A stretch of 64,000 nucleotides of DNA from the human T2T-CHM13v2.0 reference genome, Homo sapiens. The stretch covers positions 13,824,001 to 13,888,000 of the forward strand of contig CP086569.2 in assembly GCA_009914755.4 (NCBI GenBank). The letters run 5' to 3'. Under the pieces are notes generated by a model, which saw only the letters and a list, made by a program, of their open reading frames with translations, was not told the DNA's origin and made no database searches. Below are positions 13,627 through 30,150 of this stretch, piece by piece; positions within the stretch are counted from its first letter, which is position 1, and each line of letters opens with the position of its first letter. Made by a program: the position numbers and the translations under genes.

Positions 13627-16344
13627 TCACTATATAATTATTAGTAGTAAAAGTCAGTTATTAAAAAGATTTCCCCCAGTTTAAGAGATGTGTATGGGTT
13701 TATAGCTTAGTTATAGAACATTTTATTTCCAATGAGTATGCCGTAGATAAAACGCACTTTGATAAAAGACTATACATTTTGTTTATAGAACAAGGATAGA
13801 AAGTATTTTTTTAAAAAAGACTACAGATTTTTTTCTTTGGTACAGGCACAGTGCTCTGACATGCATTACTCAAGACTCAACTTCATATCTTTAAAAGATT
13901 TTCAGAGTATTGAGAAGATACTATATTATATCTGGAAGTTACATGAAAGAATGTAAATAAAAAAAGTTTTTCAGAAGTTATAACTTTATCACTGTTTGAA
14001 ATAAATTAAGAAAAACCTTTTAATCAGTAAAATCAGACTAAAAAATGCAGTGTTCTCAGTTCAAGACAACTTTCTTATTGTTAATAAAAGAATTTATTAA
14101 TAAAATGGATTATAGAAAGCAGCAGCTATTTTGTGCAGCTGTTGGAGCCTTGACAATAAAAAGCTATGATTTCCAACTATCTCTAATCATTCCAAATAAT
14201 TAAATAGTTATACACTTAAATATATATTTAATTAAAGTTTAGGAGAACTAGTTTTAAAATATATGGTCTCCTTAAATTACTTTTTTTTCCTTCTTTTTTT
14301 TGAGCATGACAATAATTGTAAATTTAGGCAACACTATAACTAGTCTCTAGTTAGACCTGCTGAAACAGGACAGATGATGAGGTAAGAGATGATTTCTAGT
14401 TATACTAAAATTCTTTAGATATCTAGGCTCTAGGGGATTGGGACCCATGGAGGGTCTGTGCATATGAACTCAACAGCTTCTCCCAGATGTCTAATCATTT
14501 TCATCAATTTTATTGTTGAAAATTATTAGATCAAAGTAGTATGCATATATTCCCTCTAAGATCTCAGACTCCCTTTGCAGGTGCTGAAGAGGTTCATTCC
14601 ACATGATGAGGGATTGAAGGTGAAGTGAGCATAGGGGAAAGAAAAAGCATGCGGAAGTCAGTTGAATTTATTACATTTCTGTGTTTGTTTTTGCACCGTT
14701 GCCAGAATTAGCCAAAGTCAAACCTCAATGTATTACATATAAGTATGAAACAAAATCTGTTTCATGACAAAGGAGACATTTTTCCCTATGATGGCAAATT
14801 TGTACAACAAACACTGGCCATAGAAACTGCTCAATGTGCATTACTGGTTATCTCCAGGATATGGGAAGTATAGTATGGAGGAAGGGGACAAAGCAGAAAA
14901 AGAATGTACATTCTTCAGCAAACACATTTCAAACCCCCAGGCCTATCTGTGTTTATCCCAGAACTAATCAGGATAAGTCCATGAGAGGTACCGGTTACCA
15001 GTGGCTTTTATAACCCAAGCTATTCATTGGTATTTCTATAGTCAGGCTAACAAGAAGACCTAGAAGCTACTTTAACTTCATTCTCCTAACAGAGGTCTTT
15101 CATGACTCATTGCTTGATACCTTATATTCAAAACGTTCTTTGGAAACAAATTCTGGAGCTCAGTTTTACTTGTACCAATACATATCTGACTTTGGCATTA
15201 CAAATTAGTTTTTTCTCGTTTTCTATTTAAAGATTCAACATGTTTTATACATTCAGTTATATACAGTGAACCTCAAGCAGGGAATGCATTTTGGAAGTTT
15301 AAAAAGCTATTTTGCTCATTCTGAAGTATAGAAATAGAGATAGAGATATATAGGTACAATGATTTAATTAAATACATACTTATTTGGTCAGTATTTGCTC
15401 CTTGACTAGAATGTGAACTTGCTTTATTACTATAGTCCATCAATTGGTATAGTACCTTGTATATAGGAAATGCTTGAAAAACATTTGAGTTGTTATTTGG
15501 CTTACTGATACTGATCATTGTAAGATTTGATGAACAAGTAAATCTACAGTGAATAAATAGAACAGTGGGGAAAAAAAATGATGTCTCTGGTTGACAGAGA
15601 CAGATTTTGGGGGAAAAATTAAAAGATTTGATGCCTTCAGATACTTAGCAGCAGTACTTCTTAACACTGTCTTAGGATTCTTACACTTCCTTGAGGCCTT
15701 TTATTTATAAGAGACTCTAATGAGCCTGATATGATGACACTGACGCCACTAAACCTAGAATCTAGACACAGCCATATAGAAAGGAGATCAGAAGTATGAC
15801 AATGAGGACTGAGAGACTGAGTTAATTCTACTTAGCATCTCTCCAGTGGAGATGGGCAGACATCAGAACAGTTTAGAACTTAATCTGTTTATCTTGACAA
15901 GCTAAGGAGAGAAATTTCTTACCAGTTTTAATATCTCTACAGGAATTTCAAACTAGGATATAACATTCTTTTAATGTCAGGTATTAACTACTAATGTTTA
16001 GGTAGTTTATTGTAAATTTACAATGTCAGGCATTAACTATTAAAGTTTAGATAGTTTATTATCAATTTATAATAATCACCTCACAGCATATGGACATACC
16101 TTTTGCTATTACTTAAAAGCATAGCATTTTCACTGTGGTTTACAATAAAGACAATATTAAAAATCTCTATTTTAGGAAACATGTTCACCCAAAGATAGGA
16201 GTGCTTTCTTCCAGTGAAAGAATATAAAACTTGTTTTCCTAAAATGTAGATCTACATAAATTTGTCAGATAGTCAACCTCTGGCTACGTATGTGTGCTTA
16301 ACTTTCATGTGAGCATGGTTTACTAATGAAAGTTAATAACAACA

Positions 16345-18040
<1,696 letters not shown>

Positions 18041-19699
18041 TATTCTAATAGCAAAAGCAAATACAAATGAAACAAAACCAATCTACTAAATATAAATATA
18101 TTAAAACTACTAAAATATATAAGAATATATTTAATCAAATTAGTTTTTTTTCTCATTCTCTATAACTGATATTCAGCGGCAATTTCAACACCATTTTGGC
18201 AGCTTGGGAAATTAATAAAAGGAAAAGTAAGTGCCATAGAAGAAAATAATATAATTAAAGATAAATACTTGGTAATAAAAGGACAAAATGAAACCACAGT
18301 ATGGACTGTTAAACATGTTTGTTACCGAATACAGTGGTAGAATTTTACCAAGGAACACAACTTTTCCAAATAAAATGGCGAAATAGGGAACAAAAATATG
18401 AATTATACTGGTGAATTTAAACATTTAATCTTCTGTGAAAGTGCAAAAAATGAATATTTGCAAACCTCGATTTTCCTGAATTGTTAAAGGATTGTAAAAG
18501 GACAAGATTATGTATTCCTTGGCTAAGTTTATGCCAATTTTTTTTGTCTACCAAACAGAACCAAGAGTACTCTGAGAGTCTATGCCATCTCCAAAGATAG
18601 TACTTTTTATAACAATTTTGTTTAGCAGTCTTCTCCTTCGATTAAACTTATGCTTACCAGGCACAATAATACCCTTCTTTTATCTACTAGCAATAGAAGG
18701 CCTTCTAAGCAGACCTGTTACAAGACAGCACAGCCAAGTATTGCAGATGCCATATCTGTGGCAGCTGCTATTTGAATTCTTTCCCCTCTAACAACCCAAT
18801 TCATTTTTAAGTTTGGTAATCAACAGGGGTCTTGATATGAATATCACATATGCTTACTTCAGGAGCTGCCTAGAGGAACCTAGGTAGCTACGTCAAGGTA
18901 CTGAATCTGTTTTAGCTTTCTTCCGGTAAAGCAGCTCTTGACACAGAGTTCTTTCCTTTCCTATCTCTTCCCATATTCCTCCCTCACCCACTTCCATCTC
19001 CACTTCAAAGTTGGGCCTGGGTTGCTGTTTTCTTGGTATATGTCTACTAGGACAATAAATGGGCTGAAAACATTGTGGGACTCAAAATTCTCAGGAGACT
19101 TTGTGGCCTGGAAGAATATTTTTATGTTCTCCACATTTTAGAGCTATACTTATGAATAAAATCATGAGTGACTATTCTATAAATCATTCTTTATACCACA
19201 ATAGACTTCTGTTGTAAATGTACACTAACATATGGTTTAGACTCTGCATAAGACTAATGTGTTTATTTGTCTGAGGATTCTGAACCATATTACTTATGTT
19301 GCTTAGTTTCTTATGTGAGAAAGAGCATCTCAGATTCTGGAACTGTTAATTCTCAGGATCAATAACAATGCACAGAGTGTTTGTCTTAATGAAAACAAAC
19401 TTGTCTTGTGTGCACAGCAAGCATGAATCCTATGAACAGGATGTACTTACCTGGAGAAAAAGTACTATTACTCTTATTTAAGCTTATGGTAATAGTAGTT
19501 ATAACAGCAAAAACAAAAAAAATAAGCAAACTCTTCGGTTCTCGGGACTTTTAATGCTTGTTTAAAAAAGGAAAGATCTTGCAGTAAGAATTTCCCAGTA
19601 CAACTTAAAAATCAGTGTGTGGAATATTAACACCAAAACAAAAAAGGCCCTTGGTTTATATTTTGTGTCATTTAATGATTTCATTCATTAACTATTATT

Positions 19700-20124
19700 T
19701 TTTCCCTTCCTTTCCTTCCCTCCCTCCCTCCCTTCTTCCTTTCCTTTTCCTTCCTTCACTCCCTCCTTCCTTCCTCCTTCCCTCCCTCCTTCCCTTTCCT
19801 CCTTCCCTCCTTCCCTTTCCTCCCTCCCTCCTTCCCTTTCCTCCCTTCCTCCTTCCCTTCCCTCCCTCCCTTTCCTTCCTTCCTTCCTTCCTTCCTTCAT
19901 CCTTCCTTTCTTTCTCTCTCTCTCTCGTTCTTTCTTTCTCTCTTTATTTCTTTTTCTCTCTCTCCCTTTCCTTCCTTCCCTCCCTCCCTCTTTCTCTCTT
20001 TTTCTTTCTTTCTCTCTTTCTGTCTCTTTTTTTCCTTTTTTCTTTCTTTCTTTCTTTCTCTCCTTCTTTCTTTCTTTCTATCTTTCTTTCTTTCTTTCCT
20101 TCATTCCTTCTTTCCTTCTTTCTG
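19700..20124. repeat. (TTCC)n/(TTTC)n polypyrimidine microsatellite, ~420 bp
   Basis: ccttcctttccttccctccctccc...ctttctttctttc. Directly abuts the A-tail side of the minus-strand Alu at 20128. Confidence 0.95.
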
Positions 20125-20127
20125 TGT

Positions 20128-20425
20128 GGATGAGCCAGTCTTGCTCTGTCATGAGGCTGGAGTGCAATGATGCAATCTTTGGCTCACTGCAACGTCCACC
20201 TCCTGGGTTCAAGCAATTCTCCTGCCTCAGCCTCCCGAGTAGCTGGGATTACAGGCACCTGCCACCATGCCTGGCTAATTTTTGTATTTTTAGTAGAGAT
20301 GGGGTTTCACCATATTGGCTAGGCTGGTCTCTTGGCCAGGCTGGTCTCAAACTCATGACCTTGTGATCCACCCACCTTGGCCTCCCAAAGTGCTGGGATT
20401 ACAGGCATGAGCCACTGCCCTGGCC
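20128..20425 (-). mobile_element. Alu (S-type), antisense; its tail has expanded into the (GAAA/GGAA)n tract
   Basis: gagccagtcttgctctgtcatgaggctggagtgcaatg ... ggcatgagccactgccctggcc. Confidence 0.9.
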
Positions 20426-20846
20426 CCTATACTTTTTTCTAAAAGATACACAATAGCCACCCAGAGAACAAAATATACAAAATAAACATTTATTTTAAAT
20501 CTCTTCTGTCAATCTTTTTTTCCCCCTCAGGAAAGTTAATGCTGATTTGAATTGTTAACCATATATATAAACTTATTCATTTTAGCTTTGATGTTAGCTT
20601 ATAGGAAATGAATTCTTAGGTAGACTTGGATTAGCAGGCTGGTCTCAGTACTGATTTAGATCCACTTCACCATATTTCAAATTGCCAACCAGGGGTGGAA
20701 AGTACTTGCTACTTACATAAATGTGAGGGCTGCATTCACACTTACGTAATGCATTTAAAGTTTCCCTAATGAAAGGCCCTTGTGAGGCTCACTGAGAAGG
20801 AAGCCTGGCAGTATGGGAGACATTGTCTGAGATTGGAATCAGGAGT

Positions 20847-20870
20847 CTGGGTTTTTTTTTTTTTTTTTTT
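20847..20870. repeat. poly-T mononucleotide run (~22 nt)
   Basis: gtctgggtttttttttttttttttttttaatc. Confidence 0.9.
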
Positions 20871-21673
20871 AATCTCAAAACTGCTATTAAGAAGTGGTGG
20901 CTATGGTCAAGCACAGAACTTCAGCAGAGTAACAGCACGAAACTAGGGTTTTCAAGCTGAAAACCTCTGGGTCCTATTTCAGTTTTCTGCCAAGGCATTA
21001 AAAACCACTAACAAAATTACTAATTGGTATTGTTATACTAAAAAGCTGAAGTCAGATGTAGTAGAGTTAGAGTTGATTTTGGCAAGAGATACCTACTTCT
21101 GCTCTCTTTTACGTGGATATGAAATTCTTGTAGGTTACTAATCCCTTTTGAAGAATCAGAAATCTAATATACATGATTACATGATTCACATGACACTACC
21201 AGGTAATTGTTTTATATATGCCAGGATTTATATGTTATCATTTTTCAGGAATGTGGCATTTTTCAGGAACTAGGCCCAAAAGACCAGACAAAACCAGAAT
21301 TCAGTCACTGATGCTAGGTAACACGGCTAGGTGCCACACAATCAACTTTGAATGGACCAATTTTCAAAAAAACAAGAGTGACAGTACTAATAGAAAGGGC
21401 CTGGCTTATCTGAACTAGCAAAATAAGGAAGTCCCATCTGTTTTAACACTATAAGAAAATAACTTTGAAATGATTAATTCACTTTTTGTTCCCTTTCTGC
21501 TTTCTTGAGCCACTTTTGGCCTAAAAAACCAATTTCCTGTTCTCAGCTTGTCTTCTTGTACACGGTCAGTACAGATGCAACTATCCATATACTCCCCTGC
21601 CCCTGAATAGAGTTGATCCTTGAGCAATGCAGGGATTAGGGGCACCAAACCCTATCTGCTCCAAAATCTGCAA

Positions 21674-21960
21674 TTTTTTGTTTGTTTGTTTGTTTTTAAA
21701 GGCAGAGTCTTGCTTTGTTACCCAGGCTGCAGTGCACTGGTTCAAGTGATCTGGGTTGCAGCCCTGACTTCTCAAGTGATCCTCCTACTTCAGCCTGCCA
21801 AGTAGCTGGGATTACCATACCCAGCTAATTTTTGTATTTTTACTAGAGATGGGGTTTCTCCATGTTGGCCAGGCTGGTCTCCAACTCCTGAGTTTAGGTA
21901 ATCTACCTGCCTCGGCCTCCCAAAGTGCTGGGATTCCAAATGTGAGCCACCACTCCAGCC
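21674..21960 (-). mobile_element. Alu, antisense, (TTTG)n tail, TSD aaatctgca
   Basis: Flanks ..ccaaaatctgcaatttttt and cccaaatctgcatttta.. form a target site duplication. Body gcagagtcttgctttgttacccaggctgcagtgc.. Confidence 0.85.
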
Positions 21961-22021
21961 CAAATCTGCATTTTAGATTCCAAAAATGTAACTACTAATA
22001 GCCAAATTTAATGAATTTTTA

Positions 22022-22308
<287 letters not shown>

Positions 22309-22313
22309 AATCA

Positions 22314-22610
<297 letters not shown>

Positions 22611-23397
22611 TAGTAAATATAAATAAAAAACCAATCAACCAATGAAACAAGATAATTGCAGGAGTCTTATAAAGCCCAGCAGCTCTGAGGGGAGCAGAAA
22701 TTGCCAACAGTCTTCCTGACATGCTTCAGAAAAGCATTTGAAGGCATTTCAAGTGGAGTCTATCTTCACATTTTCTCGTAGCCCAGTCTAAAAAAAATCA
22801 GACTTTAATTTCACGATAACTGTAGGTACACATGCAGTGGTGAGAAACAATAAAGATCCCGTGTATTATGTATTCAGTTTTCCCTGGTAGTAATATCTTG
22901 CAAAATTATAGAACATGTCAAAAGTAGGATAGTCACATTGATATAATTAAGATACCGAAAAATTTTATGACCACAAAGATCCCTTGAATTGCACTTTTAG
23001 GACAACATTCACTTTCCTCCCAATCCCCATTTTCATCCCAAACCTCTGACAGCTGCTAGTCTGTTCTTTATTTCTGTAATGTATCAATTCAAAAATATGT
23101 AAGTGAAATTGTATAGTGTGTAACTTTTGAGATGGCCATTTTTTTTCCTGACCAAATATAATTCTCTGGAAACCAATAGTTCATCTTCTTTCATCGCTGA
23201 GCTGTATTCCATGGATTATCACTGTTTGTTTAATGATTCACCTGTTGAAAAAAAAATCTCAGTTGCTTCCTCGAACATTTTCACTCATTAATGGGCAAAA
23301 AAACCCAAAAGGAGAGACAGAGTCTATTGTATTTTCCTGTTTTTCCTTTGTTTCTTCTTTCCTGATGTTTCAGAGTTCTTTATTGTTTTATTTTTAG

Positions 23398-23865
<468 letters not shown>

Positions 23866-23937
23866 TGACCTCCATGGCTTGTAATAAGAAATCTACTTTC
23901 AAATTGTTTTCTGTGTAGCTAAGGTGTCATTTCTCTC

Positions 23938-24248
23938 ATTTATTTATTTATTTATTTATTTTGAGACAGAGTTTTGCTCTTGCTGCCCAGGCTGGAGTGC
24001 GATGGCGTGATCTCCACTGACTGCAATCTCTGCCTCCTGGGTTCAAGTGATTCTCCTGCCTCAGTCTCTTGAGTAGCTTTGATTATAGGCAGTTGCCACC
24101 ATGCTGGGTTAATTTTTGTATATTTTTTAGTAGAGACAGGGTTTCACCATGTTGGCCAAGCTGGTCTCGAACTCCTGACCCTTGTGATCTGCCTGCCTTG
24201 GTGTCCCAAAGTGCTGGGATTATAGGCATGAGCTACTGCACCCGCCTC
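23938..24248 (-). mobile_element. Alu, antisense, with (TTTA)n tail
   Basis: tttatttatttatttattttgagacagagttttgctcttgctgcccaggctggagtgcgatggcg.. Confidence 0.9.
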
Positions 24249-24358
24249 TGTCACTTATTTTAATAAACTTTTTCTTTGAGTTTAACTTTCAGAAGTTTGG
24301 CAATTATGTATCTTGGTATGGATTTTATTGTTATTAGATTTATTATGTAATCAGAAGA

Positions 24359-24455
24359 GTGTGTGTGTATGTATATATACATATGTGCACATACACATAT
24401 ATACACATACATATATACACACACATACACACACACATATATACACACACATGCA
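24359..24455. repeat. complex (CA)n/(TA)n/(CATA)n dinucleotide microsatellite
   Basis: gtgtgtgtgtatgtatatatacatatgtgcacatacacatatatacacatacatatatacacacacatacacacacacatatatacacacac. Confidence 0.95.
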
Positions 24456-27219
24456 TATTTATCCTCTTTAGGTTTGTTCAGATTCTTGAATGTATAGATT
24501 CATATCTTTTGCAAAATTTATGAATCTTTCAGCCACTATTTATTTAAGTTCATTAAGAAATAATTCTTGCTGTCTTTCAGCTGTGTTTATAGGATGCAAG
24601 ACACAAGTGTTAGGTCTTTTGTTTTGTTTTCAGGGGACCACAGCTCCTTAAATCTTTGTTCATTTTTTTTCAATATTCGAATTTTTATTAATGTATACAT
24701 GCATACAGGAATATATGCACAAAACATTTGTGGAAAGCTTGCTGAATTATCACAAAGTAAATACACTTGTATAACCTAGAAATAAAATCAGACTTGCTCA
24801 TGCCCCTGACAATCACTTTCTCATTCTTCCCAAAGGTAAACAAGATATTAAGAGCTAAGTGTAGATCAACTTTGTCATTTTGTACAAGTGTTTAATTACA
24901 GAACATTAAAAACATATACAAAATACAAAAAGTAGTATAATAGACCTATCATCCAACCTTAACAGCTACTAGTCATGTGCCATTCTTGTTTCATCTATAT
25001 GTCAATCCATTCCCCACCCCCCACTTCATTTGTTTTCTACTTTTTAAAAGATAAAATGCATATACATTGAAATGTATGATCTTACCTATACCTTTTTTAC
25101 AGATCAATACACTTATATAAACTTTCCCCTTTTAAGAATACAATTACTCCATGTAACAATCATTAGTGTGCATATGTTACCTCAAAGTATCATTTAAAAT
25201 CCAAATTTTAATAAAATGGGTCTGAGTTTTGACTGAGAATTTGTATATCTAACAAAGTACAGATCCATAGAGCACATGGTAACTACAATGTCTCTCTTAT
25301 CTGAAGTAAATATAATTTGATGAATACAATTAAGGAAAATTGACCTAAGGTGAAAGGACAAATCAAAACATCTGTGCAATATGCTATCTGTGGGAGCATT
25401 TGGTTACTGTTGTAACATAAACTAACCAAACAGTTTTATTATTTATTATTTTAATAATCAAAACTGGCAAACTTCCTACTAAGCCCCCTAAAGTATGAGA
25501 GGTCTAACCAGCAGGTATAGACTTTTCAGGAGGGAGAAATGAGGCTGCAATTTTGAGGGGCTCTTCTGGAACATGTCTGGAAGATGAATGTTGAGGAACA
25601 GTGTGGGCTTTGGTGTACTCAGATGATGTCTGTCATGGGGAGGCAGGAAGTCAATGCTCAGAATCTGGGCTGGTGTCTTTGAGGTCAGTAGGTTGCCTCT
25701 TTGTAGGCAGATCCATTTTCATTAGGGAAGAGTCTGAGAGTCTTAATGGTGTCTAGAGCCCCTCTTTGACTTCCTTTGGGAGATGGAGCCTGAAAGGGGG
25801 AAAGTCAGTATTTTTGGGAAATTCTAGAAAGTCTGGTTGGAAACCTCATTAAGGCCTCTTGCCTGGTACTTGAATGCCCAATTTGCAGTCTGAACCACAT
25901 AGAGCTGGGTTTTCATTTATATCAGCACATCCTTATGTCAGTGTTAAGGGAGTGGCCAGGACAAGTGTCTTGGGTGTAGGCTAGGAAACATCATAAAAGC
26001 AAACTACCAAATTGCTGGCTTTCATTTTGGCAATAAGCCCTGGCCAAAGTGCTTGACTTCAGCATGAGACCAGTCCAGAGACCCACCTTCATGCACCAGC
26101 TGTCCATAATGTAAGAGGGAGCCCAGTTCACGTCTTGATGAGAGATTCAGTAAGATGGAAGAATCACATCTCATGTTTCTTGACAGCTGGCTGGCTTGTG
26201 AGAACAGATACAGGACACATCTATTTTTGAATGTGTGGACAAGCTTCAGCCTTCTTTCAGTTTTGCTGATGCTTCAATTGAAGTCTCCTCAGGAACTTCT
26301 GCAGTAGATGCTTCCTCTGTACTTGTTGCCTTTCCTTGGAAATAAATTCGTTTGTTCCAAATCTTGCAGTAGAATTGATGCACCAGAAAGATATACCACA
26401 GAAAATCTGCTTTTCTGCATCCTCCCTGAATAGAATTGAGGCTGTCCCTACTCTGGTACAGTTAATCCGAAAAAGGTTTCAACATTCATTGGGGAGTTTC
26501 CCACATGGGCTTTCAAGAAATCCAAAAACTACCAGGACTAGGGCCTCCAGGGCCCTGCAGGGGCTGCACTGGCACATGCAAAGAGACGCAGCAAAGGGGA
26601 AGGGGCAAGAAGAAGGTGGGTGCTGATGGAAGAGGAGAGTGGCCAGGGTGGAGTAAGTGACTGGGTGTACCAAATGCCCAGAAGGCAAGCATAACTATGG
26701 CAACTCTGAAGAAGCTGTGGGAGGATACTTGCCCCTTATTCTGTGAGAAATCAAACTGCTAGCACTGACATGTCAGGAAGCCAGCATGTTGAGGGATGCA
26801 GTATCACAATTACTTGGTGAGACAAGCTGCCCTGGCTGTGTCTCACCAAGTCATTCCCATCAGGTAGGAGAGGTTAAAGAACAGCTTAGCTTCCCTCTGC
26901 ATGGCGGAACTGCTCTGAAGGTGACAAGGAGAATGGCAAAGGTGAAATCTTTGCAGCTGATGCTGAGAGCTGAAATTTCTTTACTGCTCCTGGCCAGTGC
27001 CTATAGGGCTGTAGACATTTTTATTTCTGTTTATTTATCTCTGTTTAGAGTAGGCAGTGTCCATTATTTTTGTCTTACTCTCTTTGATTCTTTCCCTTTC
27101 ATTCTCCTATTGAGCTCATATACTGATTATTTAAAATCTTTAGTTCTAAAGATTCCCTTCAGTTTGCCATCATATTTTCCATTTATTTCCTAAGACATTG
27201 TTGGAACTTTCTATTATTA

Positions 27220-27534
<315 letters not shown>

Positions 27535-29490
27535 TCACATCATTTTTATCATGGCTTCTGCTGTAGTTTGGACATGCTTTGTTTGGCTCCGTCAAGCCTC
27601 ATGTTGAAACATGATCCTCAGTGTTGTAGGTGGTCTTGTGGAAGGTCTTTCAGTCATAGGAGTAAATCCCTCATTTATGGTGTCAATGGATTGGTATCAA
27701 TTTCATGGTAGTTAGTAAGTTCTCACTCAGTTCCTGCTAGAGCTAGTTGTTAAAAAGAGCCTGGCACTTCCCCTCCCCTCTCTCTTTCACTTTCTCTCTG
27801 TCTCCATGTGTCTGTCCACTCTCCAGGTCCCCTTTACCTTCCACCATGAGTGGAAGCAAACTGAGGCCTCACCAGAAGCAGATGCTGGCACTGTGCTTCC
27901 TGTACAGCCTGTAGAACTGTAAGCCAAATAAGCTTATTTTCTTTTATAAATCACCCAGTCTCAGCCATTTCTTTATAGCAACACAAATGGACTAAGACAA
28001 CTCCTTTAAAATCTTTAGAAGATAATTTTAATATGTTTGTCATCCTGACGTCAGCATCTATTAACTGCCTGCTTTTGCTCAGTTTCAGATCTTCCTGTTT
28101 GTGTAATAAATAAATTTCAGTTGAAACTTGGACATTTTAGTATTATAACATTCTGAGTGTTATTAAAACCTATTTCAGATGGCTTTGTCTGATAGTACTC
28201 CAAAAGTGAAAGGAGGTAGCAGCACCTGGGTGGTGATAGAAGTCATGGAGAGAATAGTTATTCACAGTTGAAGGTAGAACTTAGTTCTCCACCCCATAAC
28301 CTATTGACACTTGAGGTGGTAGGTGGGTTTTGGGTGGGGATAAAAGTCTTGTTTTCTATTTAAACTTTTCCATTGTCACCCTGGCTGGGAGGCTAGGATA
28401 GGCTTCTAAGGGCAGAAGTCCATGTTCTTCATTTGGCCTTTACCAGTGTGAATGAATGTGAGGTTTGCACTTGTTTTTGGTGGTGTTTCACCAGAGCAGA
28501 ATAGTTTCTGTTTAAAGTTTTCTGCCTTGCTAGATTATTCGTTTTCTTTTCCTTAGGCTATTGAGATAAAGCTTTGTTTGAGATGGTTTTGGTTTGTACT
28601 GCTTGGCATGTCTAGGTTGCTGGAATCTTCCGCTTCAAGTCTGAGACACACAAGACAAAAAGAAAATTCAGGTAATCACCATAATACACCATAATATTGT
28701 TCTTTGGGTCCTAAGGTTCCTAGCTACTCTTCCTTTTGTGTATCTTTCAGAATCTTCTTATTGTTGTTTTATACATAAAGTCTAATGGGTGTACTAAAAA
28801 GTGAAAAGCATGTTTATTCCAGCTCCTAGAAATGTAAGTCTTTGCTTTCACTTAAAAAAATTATTTCCATTGACTCTTTTCATCTTCTGCAAGGTTCTGA
28901 CTCCTAGAAAGTTTTCAAATGTCAAATTTAAATGAACAAAGATGGCTACTTTTTAATCTAGCATCCACTGAGTGGTCTCATTTACATTCTCTCTTATATT
29001 TTTTATAACCCTGTAAGCATAAATTACTTTCACTTAACAGAGGACATTTATTAGGAACTGGTAAGGGCAAAAAATTAAGAAAAAGATGTAGAATTAAGGG
29101 AATAAAATTAAGAGAATAAAAATCTTTCCATTTAAAAATTCTGCAGAATACATAATAATAATTTATGGAATTGGTATTAAAAATCATAGAAAGTAATTTG
29201 AGGACTGATTACAAACCATTTGTCATTATAGGATATTGTATAACCATTAAAATGTGCCTTTCTGCTACTGGGAGAAAGTAGGTTAAAACAGAATATATAA
29301 GCCTATGTTTATTTCATTATATATATATGTTATTTATTTATTTAAAAATAAAATAAGATGAAATAAATGTGCATAAGAAAAGCCTAGAAGGACATATACA
29401 AAATATTTACAGCCATATCACTGTGTGAGATGCAGAGAGTGTAGAAAGATAATTGATGAGTCATTCTTCTTTCTTCATTTTATGACTCTT

Positions 29491-29782
29491 TTTTTTTGGT
29501 GGGGACAGAGTCTCACTCTGTTGCCCAGGCTGGCGTGCAGTGATGTGATCTTGGCCTACTGCAACCTCCACTTCCTGGGTTCAAGTGATTCTCCTGCCTC
29601 AGCCTCCTGAGTAGCTGGGATTACAAGCACACACCACCATGCTAGGTTAATTTTTGTATTTTTTGGAGAGATTGTGTTTTGTTATGTTGGCCAGCGTGGT
29701 CTTGAACCCCTGACGTCAAGTGATCTACCCCCTTGGCCTCCCAAAGTGCTGGGATTACAGGTGTAAGCCTCCATGCTTGGCC
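29491..29782 (-). mobile_element. Alu, antisense
   Basis: tttttttttggtggggacagagtctcactctgttgcccaggctggcgtgcagtgatg.. Confidence 0.9.
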
Positions 29783-29937
29783 TTCTATTTTCTGATTTAA
29801 AAATAATGAAGTTATTATATAATCCGAAAAAAAATTTAAATTAATAGATTACAAACAGTGAAATTCAAAGACAAGGAAGCATCACTTACATGGAAAAGGA
29901 TGTGAAAATCAATTTGAGTGCTTTGCAATCAGGAGTT

Positions 29938-30150
<213 letters not shown>

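Noticed and set aside
14000-16300. AT-rich unique-looking stretch searched for exons, a CASK-like pseudogene fragment or tRNA/snRNA genes
   Set aside because: No splice-flanked ORF with recognisable protein similarity, no tRNA cloverleaf-like A/B box arrangement, no snRNA-like conserved motifs seen by eye. Left unannotated rather than guessed.
19615-20133. 172-aa ORF (plus) and 70-aa ORF (minus) in the six-frame track
   Set aside because: Both are translations of the (TTCC/TTTC)n microsatellite ([12 protein letters not shown]... / [12 protein letters not shown]...), not genes.
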